DNA of 64,000 bases. Origin: Phascolarctobacterium sp. Lineage in GTDB: Bacteria; Bacillota; Negativicutes; Acidaminococcales; Acidaminococcaceae. Under the pieces are notes generated by a model. It was not told where the DNA came from. It saw only the letters and a program-made list of their open reading frames with translations, and did no database searches. Shown in pieces: positions 37,696 through 47,715 of this stretch. Where the stretch lies: assembly GCF_045124115.1 (NCBI RefSeq), contig NZ_JBGVLF010000041.1:5137-69136 (forward strand). The letters run 5' to 3'. Within the stretch, counting starts at the first letter, position 1. Every line of letters starts with the position of its first letter. Both the position numbers and the translations under genes were made by a program.

Positions 37696-37731
37696 ATATT
37701 TATGGAATATGTATTAGAAGGGAAGAAACCT

Positions 37732-38874
37732 ATGGAAACATATCAATTTTCCCAAGGAAAAAATCTGCGTTGTGGATATACTACAGGTAGCTGCGCTACC
37801 GCCGCAGCTAAAGCAGCAGCCTTGATGCTGTTGACAGGCCAACGGATTGACTCTGTGCAGATTGATACACCCAAGGGCGTAGTGCTTAACCTTGAACCGG
37901 AAGATGTGGAAATGGCCAGCGACTATGTTAGCTGTGCCATCCGCAAGGACAGCGGCGACGACCCTGACGATACTAATGGTATTCTCGTTTACGCCAAAGT
38001 ACAGCGTGCTGTAGCACCTGGGGTGCGTATTGAAGGCGGCGTAGGCGTGGGCAAGGTAACTAAACCCGGCTTAGCTTGTGCAGTAGGCGGTCCTGCCATC
38101 AATCCAACACCTAAACGAATGATGATTAGTGAAGTGTCTGCTGCTATGGAGCAAATTGGCTACCATAAAGGCTTGAATGTGACTATCTCTATTCCCGAGG
38201 GCGTGGAAATTGCCAAGAAGACCTTCAACCCTCGTTTGGGTATTGTGGGCGGGCTTTCTGTCCTCGGTACCAGCGGCATTGTGGAACCCATGAGCGAAAG
38301 CGCTCTAATTGAAACCATGCGCGTGGAAATGCGGGCGCAGCAGGCTAGAGGCAACAAGCATCTTTTAGTATTCTTCGGTAATTATGGCGAAGACTTTACC
38401 CGTGATGTGCTTGGTATGGATATAGAAAACGCCGTAACCTGCAGTAACTTTGTAGGTGAGCTTTTGGATTACGCAGTTTTCTGTGGCTTTGAAACACTTT
38501 TGCTTGTTGGCCACAGCGGTAAGCTTGTCAAGCTTGCTCAAGGCGTGATGAATACCCATTCTAAATATGCGGACTGCCGTACAGAGTTATTTGCCTTAGA
38601 AGCGATGTTCCATGGAGCATCCGTAGAAGTGGGCAAGGAAATATATAATTGCTTAACTACGGACGAAGTAACTAAAGTTTTGCAACGAGAAGGACTTTTT
38701 GCTGCAGTTATGACTAAAGTGACGGAAAAAATTGATTTTTACATGCAGCATAGAGTGCATGGCAAAATAAAGACAGGCGCCTTGATGTTTTCTAATGTTT
38801 ATGGGATTTTAGGAAAAACTAAAGACGCTGATGAACTGGTAAAATTACATTTACGTATAGGAGAAGGTGAATAA
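37732..38874 (+). CDS. cbiD: Cobalt-precorrin-5B (C1)-methyltransferase
   Basis: METYQFSQGKNLRCGYTTGSCATAAAKAA is a typical CbiD N-terminus. The track ORF's 39-codon extension covers the leader terminator. Confidence 0.9.
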   Translation: METYQFSQGKNLRCGYTTGSCATAAAKAAALMLLTGQRIDSVQIDTPKGVVLNLEPEDVEMASDYVSCAIRKDSGDDPDDTNGILVYAKVQRAVAPGVRIEGGVGVGKVTKPGLACAVGGPAINPTPKRMMISEVSAAMEQIGYHKGLNVTISIPEGVEIAKKTFNPRLGIVGGLSVLGTSGIVEPMSESALIETMRVEMRAQQARGNKHLLVFFGNYGEDFTRDVLGMDIENAVTCSNFVGELLDYAVFCGFETLLLVGHSGKLVKLAQGVMNTHSKYADCRTELFALEAMFHGASVEVGKEIYNCLTTDEVTKVLQREGLFAAVMTKVTEKIDFYMQHRVHGKIKTGALMFSNVYGILGKTKDADELVKLHLRIGEGE

Positions 38875-38875
38875 G

Positions 38876-39577
38876 ATGCGTGGCAAACTTTATAGCGTTG
38901 GTATTGGTCCGGGAGATCCGGAGTTGATGACACTGAAATCTGTACGTCTTCTCAAAGAATGTGATGTGGTTGCCTTACCCAAAGGCGATACAGACATCAT
39001 GACCGCCAAAAACATTGTGGAACAAATAGTAGATTTGGATGCCAAAGAGCAGATTGCTATTTATATGCCTATGACTAAGGATATGGCAGTGATGGACAAA
39101 GCACATAGAGAAGGTGCGGACGTCATTGAAAAGTTGTTAGATGAAGGTAAAAATGTGGTATTCATTACCTTGGGCTGTCCCACTATTTATGCTACCTGCA
39201 TTTATGTTCATAAACTGGTGTTAGCGGATGGTTATGATGCAGAGCTTGTAGCAGGTGTAACCTCCATTTGCGCAGTGGCTGCTAAATTGAATACCAGCTT
39301 GTGCGAGCGCTCAGAACCGTTGATTATCCTACCCGGTAGTTATAAGGATTCTGCCAAGTTTTTGGATGGCCCCGGTAACAAAGTATTGATGAAGTCTGCC
39401 AGTGAAATTGGTCGTGTACGTGATGACCTACGTGCCAGAGGCTTAATCAAAAACGCGGGTATGGTCGAGCGCTGCGGTCTGCCCGGTGAAAAGGTATACC
39501 GCAATTTAGAGGATATAGATCCTGCTAGCAGTTATTTTTCCGTAATTTTAGTTAAAGAAAAGGAGTTTGATAAATAA
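38876..39577 (+). CDS. cbiL: Cobalt-precorrin-2 C20-methyltransferase
   Basis: TP-methylase motif VGIGPGDPELMTLK. ATG follows GGAGAAGGTG. Confidence 0.88.
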   Translation: MRGKLYSVGIGPGDPELMTLKSVRLLKECDVVALPKGDTDIMTAKNIVEQIVDLDAKEQIAIYMPMTKDMAVMDKAHREGADVIEKLLDEGKNVVFITLGCPTIYATCIYVHKLVLADGYDAELVAGVTSICAVAAKLNTSLCERSEPLIILPGSYKDSAKFLDGPGNKVLMKSASEIGRVRDDLRARGLIKNAGMVERCGLPGEKVYRNLEDIDPASSYFSVILVKEKEFDK

Positions 39578-40362
39578 TGATTTATTTTATTGGTGCAGGC
39601 CCCGGTGCCGCTGATCTGATTACTGTGAAGGGTAAAGAACTGCTGGAAAAATGCGATTTGTGCATTTATGCAGGTTCTCTTGTGAACCCCGAACTGCTGA
39701 AATATTGCAAACCTGAATGTGTAATTATGAATAGTGCAGAAATGACTTTGGAAGAAGTTGTTGCCGCCATGGTTCCCGCCGCGCAAGCAGGCAAAATGGT
39801 AGTACGGCTGCACACCGGCGACCCCAGTGTTTATGGTGCCCACAGAGAGCAAATCGACTTGATTCGCGGTTATAATCTGGAGTACGAAGTTGTGCCCGGC
39901 GTATCTTCTTTCTGTGCAGCTGCAGCCTGCCTCAAAGCAGAATATACGCTGCCCAATGTCAGCCAATCCGTAATCATTACCCGTATGGAAGGTAGAACTC
40001 CTGTACCTCCTCATCAAAAAATTGCTGACTATGCTGCTCATAAGGCAACCATGGTTATCTTCCTCAGTAGCGGTATGCTGGATAAACTGCAAAACGAGCT
40101 GATTAGGGGCGGTTATACCATGGATACTCCTGCAGCCATCGTTTACAAAGCTTCTTGGCCTGATGAAAAGGTTATTCGCTGCACTGTCGGTACTTTAGCA
40201 GAGAATGCTGAAAAATACGGCATTACTAAAACAGCGCTGATTACTGTTGGTGGTTTCTTGGGCAACGAGTACGACCGCAGTGAATTGTATAATCCCACTT
40301 TCTCTCATGAATTCCGTCAGGCAGATCCCAGTAAGCTGAATGTTAAGCCTGAGGTGAAATAA
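39577..40362 (+). CDS. cbiF: Cobalt-precorrin-4 C11-methyltransferase
   Basis: MIYFIGAGPGAADLITVKG..IYAGSLV. Confidence 0.9.
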   Translation: MIYFIGAGPGAADLITVKGKELLEKCDLCIYAGSLVNPELLKYCKPECVIMNSAEMTLEEVVAAMVPAAQAGKMVVRLHTGDPSVYGAHREQIDLIRGYNLEYEVVPGVSSFCAAAACLKAEYTLPNVSQSVIITRMEGRTPVPPHQKIADYAAHKATMVIFLSSGMLDKLQNELIRGGYTMDTPAAIVYKASWPDEKVIRCTVGTLAENAEKYGITKTALITVGGFLGNEYDRSELYNPTFSHEFRQADPSKLNVKPEVK

Positions 40363-40363
40363 G

Positions 40364-41428
40364 ATGCAGGCTGCCATCTATTCCTTTTCCCTGCGAGGAG
40401 CGGAATTGAGCAAAAAAGTGGAGCAGTATCTGCGCAGCGTTGGTTACGAAGTGCGGAACCTTACTTTTGTAAAGTATGCCGAAACTGCAGGATTGGAACC
40501 TATGCTGCCTGACCACAATGCAGTTTGCAGCGTGGATTTCCTGCGTTGCCAGACTTTGGTGTTTATCGGTGCAGTAGGAATTGCTGTGCGTACCATCGCT
40601 CCCTTTATCAAAAGTAAACTGACAGATCCTGCTGTAATTTCTATGGATGAACGCGGTACTTTTGTCATTCCTTTGGTGGCAGGCCATATTGGCGGTTCTA
40701 ACGAATTGGCACGCTGCTTGGCAGCTAATTTGGGAGGCACTGCCTGCGTTACCACTGCCAGCGATGTTAATGGGCTTTTCGCAGTAGACGAATGGGCAGC
40801 ACGGAATAATATGGTGCTTTGTTCTTTAAAAGCAGCCAAAGACTTTGCAGCAGCTTTAGTGGGTGGCGAAAAAGTTGGTCTGTACGTAGATGAGGACATC
40901 AATGTTAACAGCGCACTGCCGCAGCAAGTGGAATATAGTTCTACTTTACCCATTGGCATGGCGATTACCTTGACTAAGGATTTACAGCCGTTTAAAACCA
41001 CGGTTCGCTTACTGCCGAAGATTGTGCATCTTGGCATTGGTTGTAGGCGCGGCACTGCTATGGAGAAAATAGAGGACCTCGTCTTATCCCAATTGGCGCA
41101 GCTCAATTTGGACAAGCGCAGTGTGGTAAGCATTGCCTCCATCGACGTAAAAAAAGATGAGCAAGGCTTGTTAGCTTTTGCTGAAAAATATAAAGTTCCT
41201 GTGAGTTTTTACTCTGCTGCTGAGTTGAACAAAGTAGCAGGAGAATTTACTGCTTCCGACTTTGTAGCCCATACTGTGGGCGTTAGCAATGTGTGCGAGC
41301 GTAGCGCAGTGTTGGATAGTAAAGGCGGACGCCTCCTGTTGCACAAAACCTGTAGGGATGGTGTGACATTGGCGGTGGCAGTGGAAAAACTGCAAGTGGA
41401 TTTTCAACATACAGGATTAAAGAAATAA
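40364..41428 (+). CDS. cbiG: Cobalt-precorrin-5A hydrolase
   Basis: Size, position between cbiF and cbiH, and CbiG-like N-, mid- and C-terminal segments. Confidence 0.82.
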   Translation: MQAAIYSFSLRGAELSKKVEQYLRSVGYEVRNLTFVKYAETAGLEPMLPDHNAVCSVDFLRCQTLVFIGAVGIAVRTIAPFIKSKLTDPAVISMDERGTFVIPLVAGHIGGSNELARCLAANLGGTACVTTASDVNGLFAVDEWAARNNMVLCSLKAAKDFAAALVGGEKVGLYVDEDINVNSALPQQVEYSSTLPIGMAITLTKDLQPFKTTVRLLPKIVHLGIGCRRGTAMEKIEDLVLSQLAQLNLDKRSVVSIASIDVKKDEQGLLAFAEKYKVPVSFYSAAELNKVAGEFTASDFVAHTVGVSNVCERSAVLDSKGGRLLLHKTCRDGVTLAVAVEKLQVDFQHTGLKK

Positions 41429-41525
41429 AACCCCTTGTCGATATGCAACATTCCTTTAGTAGGGGGAACGAGATAGGTAGATGTGCTACCTATACTGTAC
41501 TTAGAAATGATTGAAGGAGATAAAG

Positions 41526-42254
41526 ATGAAACTTTATGTAGTAGGTCTGGGCCCCGGCGGTGTGGAGCAAATGACCAAACGTGCTTATGATGTATTAAAG
41601 TCTTGTGATGTTATTGCAGGCTATCATGTATATGTAAATCTGATTAAAGAAGACTTTGCAGAAAAGGAATTCCTTTCTACCGGTATGCGCAAAGAAGTTG
41701 ATCGTTGCAAATTGGCTTTGGATGAAGCATTGAAAGGTAAGACTGTAGCCATGATTTCCAGCGGTGATGCAGGCGTTTACGGCATGGCAGGCATTATGTG
41801 CCAGGTAGCTAAGGACCATCCTGAAGTAGACATTGAAGTTGTACCCGGTATTACTGCAGCCTGCAGCGGTGCAGCTGTTTTGGGTGCGCCTTTAATCAGC
41901 GACTTCTGCCTGATTTCCCTTAGTGACCTTTTAACTCCTTGGGAAAAAATCGCAAAACGTTTGGATTGTGCTTCCCAAGCAGATTTCTGCATCTGTATCT
42001 ACAATCCTTCCAGTATTAAGCGTCATGATTATCTGCAAAGAGCTTGTGACATTATGCTGAAGAACCAGCCTGCGACCATTCCTGCCGGTATTGTCCGCAA
42101 CATCGGTCGTGAAGGTCAAAGCTATGAATTGACTACTTTAGGCGAACTCCGCGACAAAGAAGTGGATATGTTCTCCACTGTTATTATTGGTAACACCCAG
42201 ACCGAGGTTATTAACGGCCGTCTGGTAACCCCACGCGGTTACAGATTAGCATGA
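41526..42254 (+). CDS. cbiH: Cobalt-precorrin-3B C17-methyltransferase
   Basis: MKLYVVGLGPGGVEQMT..., ISSGDAGVYGMAG. Confidence 0.9.
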   Translation: MKLYVVGLGPGGVEQMTKRAYDVLKSCDVIAGYHVYVNLIKEDFAEKEFLSTGMRKEVDRCKLALDEALKGKTVAMISSGDAGVYGMAGIMCQVAKDHPEVDIEVVPGITAACSGAAVLGAPLISDFCLISLSDLLTPWEKIAKRLDCASQADFCICIYNPSSIKRHDYLQRACDIMLKNQPATIPAGIVRNIGREGQSYELTTLGELRDKEVDMFSTVIIGNTQTEVINGRLVTPRGYRLA

Positions 42255-43015
42255 AACCGGTAATCTGGCTTATTGGCGGTACTAGCGAAGGCAGGCTGCT
42301 GATTAAGGAGCTGGCGGATTATCCTGTGGAGCTTTATGTAAGCGTTGCTACGGAGTATGGTGCGGAACTCATAGAAGCTCAAGCTAATCTGCATTTGTTG
42401 GCTGAACGTATGGACGAGGCTGCCATGTGTGCCTTTATCCGCCAACATAAGCCTGAACTGGTTATAGATGCAACCCATCCTTATGCTACTATCGTCACTG
42501 CAACTATTAAAGCTGCTTGCGCTAAAGAAACTGCAAGCTATGTACGCTTGGTACGTCCTGTAGGAGAGCGTGGTAGCTATACTGTTTTAAACGATTTTAC
42601 AGAAGCAGTGGATTTGCTCAACCAAGTTAAAGGGAAGATTTTCCTTACAACAGGTAGCAAAAATCTGCGTGATTTTACAAGCGTTCAAGATTATGCCGAA
42701 CGTATTGCCTTGCGCATCCTGCCTATGGAGGATAGCTTGCATACTGCCTTGAGCCTAGGCTATAAGCCTGCTAATATTGTGTGTATGCAGGGCCCTTTTA
42801 GCAAGGAAATGAATGTTGCTACGTTGCGCAAATTCGGTTGCAGCTTTATGGTAACTAAGGATAGTGGCAGTGTAGGTGGCTTTACGGAAAAGGTGGAGGC
42901 AGCTACTGCAGCAGGCGCTCACTTAATCGTTATTGGTAGAGCGCAGGAAGAGCAAGGCTTGGAATACAATGCAGTGGTTAACCTGCTGCGCACTACATAT
43001 AAAAAAGAACCTTAA
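42251..43015 (+). CDS. cbiJ: Cobalt-precorrin-6A reductase
   Basis: IGGTSEGR N-terminus, about 250 aa, operon context. Confidence 0.85.
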   Translation: MKPVIWLIGGTSEGRLLIKELADYPVELYVSVATEYGAELIEAQANLHLLAERMDEAAMCAFIRQHKPELVIDATHPYATIVTATIKAACAKETASYVRLVRPVGERGSYTVLNDFTEAVDLLNQVKGKIFLTTGSKNLRDFTSVQDYAERIALRILPMEDSLHTALSLGYKPANIVCMQGPFSKEMNVATLRKFGCSFMVTKDSGSVGGFTEKVEAATAAGAHLIVIGRAQEEQGLEYNAVVNLLRTTYKKEP

Positions 43016-43026
43016 GGAGGCGTGCT

Positions 43027-44247
43027 ATGCTAAAAGTAAATATCATCGGCATTGGACCCGGTAATCCGGAGCTGTTGACCGGCGCAGCGCGTCAGGCAAT
43101 TATAGATAGCAATATTCTTATTGGCGATAAAAGAATGTTAAATATCTATGGAGAATTTGCAGAAAATGCAAAAATGGTGTATCCTACTATAAGGGCTGCT
43201 GAAATTGCAGAGATTGCCGCTAAGGCTGATCCTGCCAAAGATGTTTTAGCAGTTCTTGTTAGTGGGGACGTGGGCTTTTTTAGTTTGGCAAAAACTATCA
43301 GTGGCAAATTGCCCAACTGTCAATGCGTGCGCTATGCAGGGATTAGCAGTTTGGTGTATTTTGCCAGCAAACTGGAAATGTCATGGGATGATGCCAAAAT
43401 CGTCAGCATGCATGGCAGGGAGCAAAAACTGGTAGCTGCTGTGCAGCAAAACAGCAAGGTCTTTTCTCTGACAGGAGGGGATAACTCTCCCCAAGTTCTG
43501 TGTGGCCAACTTTGCGACCATGGCCTTGGTGGTGTGCAAGTATATGTAGGCGAAAACCTGAGCTATCCTGAAGAAAAAATTACTTGCGGTACTGCGGAAG
43601 AAATTGCCAAAGGACAATTCCCGTCTTTGTCCGTTATGATGATCATTAATGAACAACCTTGTCCTGCTGTTAATGTTCATGGCATTCCTGATGACGCTTT
43701 TTTGCGGAGCAAGGTGCCTATGACAAAGCAGGAAGTACGCAGCATCTCTATGTCCAAACTCCAGCCCAAACCTGCCGATGTTATTTATGACATAGGCGCA
43801 GGTACGGGTTCTTGTTCCATCGAACTGGCGCTGCTGGCACCTTACGGAAAGGTATTCGCTTTCGAGCGTAATCCGGTGGCTGTGGAGCTGTTAGGGAAGA
43901 ATAAGGAGCTTTTTGGAATTGATAATCTAACCATTGTTGCAGGGGAGGCTTTGGCGAATATCCAAAGCGCGCCTACGCCGGACTGTGTCTTTATTGGCGG
44001 CAGCGGTGGCGACCTGTGCCAAATGTTAGATGTAGTCTATGCCAAGAACAGTTCTTGCTGGGTAGTAATCAACGCTATTACGGTGGAAACCTTGGCAGAG
44101 GTTGCAGGTTACTACAAAGAGCATCAGGAATATGCACTGGAAATCGTTAATGTAAGCATTGCCCGCAACAAAACTTTGGGCAGCTACAATCTGATGATGG
44201 CGCAAAATCCTGTGTATGTGATGACTGCAGTAAAGAGGGATGACTGA
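43027..44247 (+). CDS. cbiET: Fused cobalt-precorrin-7 C5-methyltransferase / cobalt-precorrin-6B C15-methyltransferase (decarboxylating)
   Basis: N-terminal half IGIGPGNPELLT (CbiE). C-terminal half MTKQEVRSISMSKL..DIGAGTGSCSIE (CbiT SAM motif). Confidence 0.88.
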   Translation: MLKVNIIGIGPGNPELLTGAARQAIIDSNILIGDKRMLNIYGEFAENAKMVYPTIRAAEIAEIAAKADPAKDVLAVLVSGDVGFFSLAKTISGKLPNCQCVRYAGISSLVYFASKLEMSWDDAKIVSMHGREQKLVAAVQQNSKVFSLTGGDNSPQVLCGQLCDHGLGGVQVYVGENLSYPEEKITCGTAEEIAKGQFPSLSVMMIINEQPCPAVNVHGIPDDAFLRSKVPMTKQEVRSISMSKLQPKPADVIYDIGAGTGSCSIELALLAPYGKVFAFERNPVAVELLGKNKELFGIDNLTIVAGEALANIQSAPTPDCVFIGGSGGDLCQMLDVVYAKNSSCWVVINAITVETLAEVAGYYKEHQEYALEIVNVSIARNKTLGSYNLMMAQNPVYVMTAVKRDD

Positions 44248-45622
44248 CATGGCCATTAGCAACGTACCCCGCATTATGATCAGCGCTACCGGAAGCGGTG
44301 TAGGCAAAACCACTTTGGTCTGCGGTTTGCTAAAAGCTTTGCTTAACCAAGGTGTGAGCGTATCCGCTTTTAAATCCGGGCCTGACTATATTGATCCTAT
44401 GTTCCATACCCGAGTGATGGGTGCCCATTCCCGTAACCTTGATTTGTTCATGTTAGGAGAGGACACAGCCCGCTATTTGGTGGCGAAGAATGCAGCACAG
44501 GCAGATGTGGCTGTTTTTGAAGGTGCCATGGGTTTTTACGATGGTATGGGCAAAACTACGGAGGCAAGCGCTTATGCTTTGGCAAAGGCTTGTGATGTTC
44601 CTGTTGTTTTGGTAGTTAATGGCAAAGGAGCCGCCTTATCCGTTGCTGCGACTATCAAAGGCTTTAAGGAATTCCGTAAGGACAGCCATATTGCAGGTGC
44701 GATTCTAAACAACGTCAATCCCATGAGCTATGCTTTCTATAAGGAAGCAATTGAAGCGGAAACAGGCGTTAAGCTTTTGGGGTATTTTCCTAAAATGGAT
44801 AATTGCAATTTTGAAAGCCGTCATTTAGGACTAGTAACAGCGGAAGAAATTGGTGACCTGCAGGAGATTGTGGAACGTTTGGCTCAGCAGGCAGCAAAAT
44901 CCCTGGATATAGAAGGCATTGTTGCTTTGGCTAAGGGAGCAGCGCCCTTGCCCTACGAACCGGTAGGCCTTGAACCGGTTGGTAAAGCAAGGATTGCGAT
45001 TGCGCAAGACAAAGCTTTTTGCTTTTATTACCGGGATGCCTTGGATTTGCTGGCTGAACTGGGTGCGGAGCTAGTACCTTTCAGCCCTGTAGAGGATAAA
45101 CATCTTCCTGACTGTGATGGCATTATTTTTGGCGGTGGTTATCCTGAACTGTATGCACAGCAATTGGCAGATAACAGCACAATGCTGCAGGAAGTAAAGA
45201 CCGCTATCCTTAGCGCTATGCCTTGCTTTGCTGAATGCGGCGGTTTTATGTATCTGCTGGAGCGCTACGTGGAAGGGGAGCATGCTTATAATTGGGTAGG
45301 CGCTATCCCCGGGGAAACGGCTATGACCAAAAGCCTTAAACGTTTTGGCTACGTGCAGCTTACTGCCCAACAGGATAACGTGCTGTGTAAAAAGGGTGGC
45401 TGCATCAACGGACATGAATTTCACTATTCGGACAGTACTAATAACGGCGATGGTTTTACGGCTGTAAAAGCCAGCGGTCGTGGTACGTGGGACTGTGTCC
45501 ACGTTTCGGACAGTCTCTATGCAGGCTATCCGCATATCCATCTTTATGGGAATGTGGAGTTCGCCCGCAGCTTCGTGCAGCATTGCTGCGCGTTTGCCCA
45601 AAAGAAGCAACAGACAGAGTAG
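44240..45622 (+). CDS. cbiA: Cobyrinate a,c-diamide synthase
   Basis: ATGSGVGKTT P-loop and GATase ECGGFMYL. Confidence 0.9.
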   Translation: MTDMAISNVPRIMISATGSGVGKTTLVCGLLKALLNQGVSVSAFKSGPDYIDPMFHTRVMGAHSRNLDLFMLGEDTARYLVAKNAAQADVAVFEGAMGFYDGMGKTTEASAYALAKACDVPVVLVVNGKGAALSVAATIKGFKEFRKDSHIAGAILNNVNPMSYAFYKEAIEAETGVKLLGYFPKMDNCNFESRHLGLVTAEEIGDLQEIVERLAQQAAKSLDIEGIVALAKGAAPLPYEPVGLEPVGKARIAIAQDKAFCFYYRDALDLLAELGAELVPFSPVEDKHLPDCDGIIFGGGYPELYAQQLADNSTMLQEVKTAILSAMPCFAECGGFMYLLERYVEGEHAYNWVGAIPGETAMTKSLKRFGYVQLTAQQDNVLCKKGGCINGHEFHYSDSTNNGDGFTAVKASGRGTWDCVHVSDSLYAGYPHIHLYGNVEFARSFVQHCCAFAQKKQQTE

Positions 45623-45637
45623 AAGGGGATTGTGCTT

Positions 45638-46603
45638 ATGTTACATTTAGCTGCCATTGTGGCAGGCTTTATCTTAGATTTAATATTTGGCGACCCCCAT
45701 TGGCTACCTCATCCTATTTGCCTTATAGGCAATATGATTGGTTTTTTGGAGCGTAACCTGCGCAAATTGCTGGAGCCTAATAAAACAGCGCTTTTGTGCG
45801 GCGGTGCCTTGATGGTGGTAATTGTTATAATTGCTTCCTTCGCCGTGCCCTATGCTATTTTATTGGCAGCAGGCAGCGTAAGCTCATGGCTGGCCTTTGC
45901 CTTGGAGACAGTTATGTGCTACCAGATTTTTGCAACTAAGTCCCTTCGTGATGAAAGCATGAAGGTGTACGATGCTTTGGCAAAAGGTGATCTGGTGGAT
46001 GCGCGTAAAAAGCTTAGTTGGATTGTAGGCCGTGATACTCAGAATCTGGATGCTGAAGAAGTTACTAAGGGAGCAGTGGAAACTATAGCGGAAAATACTT
46101 CCGACGGTATTGTTGCTCCTATGCTGTATATGGTTCTTGGTGGCGCTCCTTTGGCTTTTCTTTATAAGGGTATCAATACCATGGATTCCATGGTTGGATA
46201 TAAAAATGACAAGTATCTGTATTTCGGACGCTGTGCAGCTAAATTGGATGATTTGGCCAACCTGCTTCCGGCGAGGATTACGGGGCTGGTGATGGTAATG
46301 GCATCCTATATTCTGGATTTAGATGCTAGGAATGCTTGGAGAATATTTAAGCGTGACCGTTATAACCATTTAAGTCCTAATTCTGCTATGACGGAATCAG
46401 TAACGGCCGGTGCCTTGGACATCCAATTGGGCGGTGACCATTATTATTTTGGCAAGCTGGTGCATAAGGATACTATTGGCGATAATATTCGTCCTGTGTG
46501 TCCTGAAGACATTGTACTCACAAATAATCTGCTGTATATGACAGCGGTACTGTGCTTGCTGCTCTTTGCTTTAGTTTATCTTGTGAGTTTATTTTTATTC
46601 TAG
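45638..46603 (+). CDS. cbiB: Adenosylcobinamide-phosphate synthase
   Basis: Polytopic CobD/CbiB family protein (HPICLIGN..., ENTSDGIVAP). GTG 45632 is an alternative start. Confidence 0.9.
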   Translation: MLHLAAIVAGFILDLIFGDPHWLPHPICLIGNMIGFLERNLRKLLEPNKTALLCGGALMVVIVIIASFAVPYAILLAAGSVSSWLAFALETVMCYQIFATKSLRDESMKVYDALAKGDLVDARKKLSWIVGRDTQNLDAEEVTKGAVETIAENTSDGIVAPMLYMVLGGAPLAFLYKGINTMDSMVGYKNDKYLYFGRCAAKLDDLANLLPARITGLVMVMASYILDLDARNAWRIFKRDRYNHLSPNSAMTESVTAGALDIQLGGDHYYFGKLVHKDTIGDNIRPVCPEDIVLTNNLLYMTAVLCLLLFALVYLVSLFLF

Positions 46604-46626
46604 AAGCTAATAAATGAGGTGGAACA

Positions 46627-47715
46627 ATGTACGCATACCAGCATGGCGGCGATATTTATACAGAAAAGTGTACTGCCCAAGGCAAAGAGTTTGTGGACTT
46701 TTCCGCTAACATCAATCCTTTGGGCCTGCCTGCGGGGGTAAAGCAGGCTGTTAAGGACGCTATAAAAAATTGCGTCAATTACCCTGATCCTTTCTGCAGG
46801 GATTTGCGGGCGGCAACAGCTCAATATCTGCAGGTACCTGAAGAATACCTTTTCTTTGGTAATGGCGCTGCAGATGTACTTTTTCGTTTGGCCTTGGCAG
46901 CGAAGCCCAAAAGAGCGCTGCTACTAGCGCCTACCTTCGCTGATTACGAAAAAGCATTGCGCTCTGTAGGCTGTATCTGTAAAGACTACCAGTTGCAGGA
47001 GGACGATAATTTTACTGTTACTAAAAACATCGTGGGCAAGGTTTCTGCCCGCATGGATTTTATAGTAATCTGCAATCCAAATAATCCTACAGGTCAATTG
47101 ACTGATAGACAGTATTTGGAACGTATCCTCATGAAATGCCGGATGATTGGTGCCAAGCTTTTGGTAGACGAATGTTTTATGGATTTCGTTGACGAAGATA
47201 AGGCTTTCAGCATGCGCGACATGTTGGCGGAATATCCGGAGCTGATCATATTGAAAGCTTTTACGAAGACTTTCGCTATGCCCGGTATCCGTCTTGGTTA
47301 CTGCATGACGTCCGACATGGAGCTGCTTAACGCGCTCCACCAAAGCGGCCAGGATTGGAGCGTATCCGTACTGGCCCAAGCAGCAGGTATTGCTGCTTTA
47401 AAAGAGCAGGATTACCTGAGTGAGTCCTTCCAATTGATTAGGGAGGAACGTCAATATTTAATCAGCGAACTTAAAGCGTTGGGAGCCAAAGTTTACGGCT
47501 CTGAAGCTAACTATATATTCTTCTTTTTGTCCGAGCCGGTGGATTTACAGGCAAGACTGCGTGAACAAGGGTATTTAATTCGCTCTTGTGCTAATTACCA
47601 TAACCTTGGCTCGGGATATTACCGCATAGCTGTAAAAACAAGAACTCTTAATAAAGGCTTGATTAAAGCAATTAAGGAAGCAAGGAAGAATGCGAGCATT
47701 ATTAGTATTGATTGA
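46627..47715 (+). CDS. cobD: L-threonine-O-3-phosphate decarboxylase
   Basis: Class I/II aminotransferase fold. N-terminus HGGDIY...DFSANINPLG. PLP lysine context FTKTFAMPGIRLGY. Confidence 0.85.
   Translation: MYAYQHGGDIYTEKCTAQGKEFVDFSANINPLGLPAGVKQAVKDAIKNCVNYPDPFCRDLRAATAQYLQVPEEYLFFGNGAADVLFRLALAAKPKRALLLAPTFADYEKALRSVGCICKDYQLQEDDNFTVTKNIVGKVSARMDFIVICNPNNPTGQLTDRQYLERILMKCRMIGAKLLVDECFMDFVDEDKAFSMRDMLAEYPELIILKAFTKTFAMPGIRLGYCMTSDMELLNALHQSGQDWSVSVLAQAAGIAALKEQDYLSESFQLIREERQYLISELKALGAKVYGSEANYIFFFLSEPVDLQARLREQGYLIRSCANYHNLGSGYYRIAVKTRTLNKGLIKAIKEARKNASIISID

Noticed and set aside
37615-37731. The N-terminal extension of cbiD (track ORF start 37615). Likewise 15084 for proS, 27204 for ilvD and 17737 for polC.
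   Set aside because: The extensions cover leader, terminator or promoter sequence and have non-homologous, odd composition. Canonical N-termini with RBSs lie downstream.
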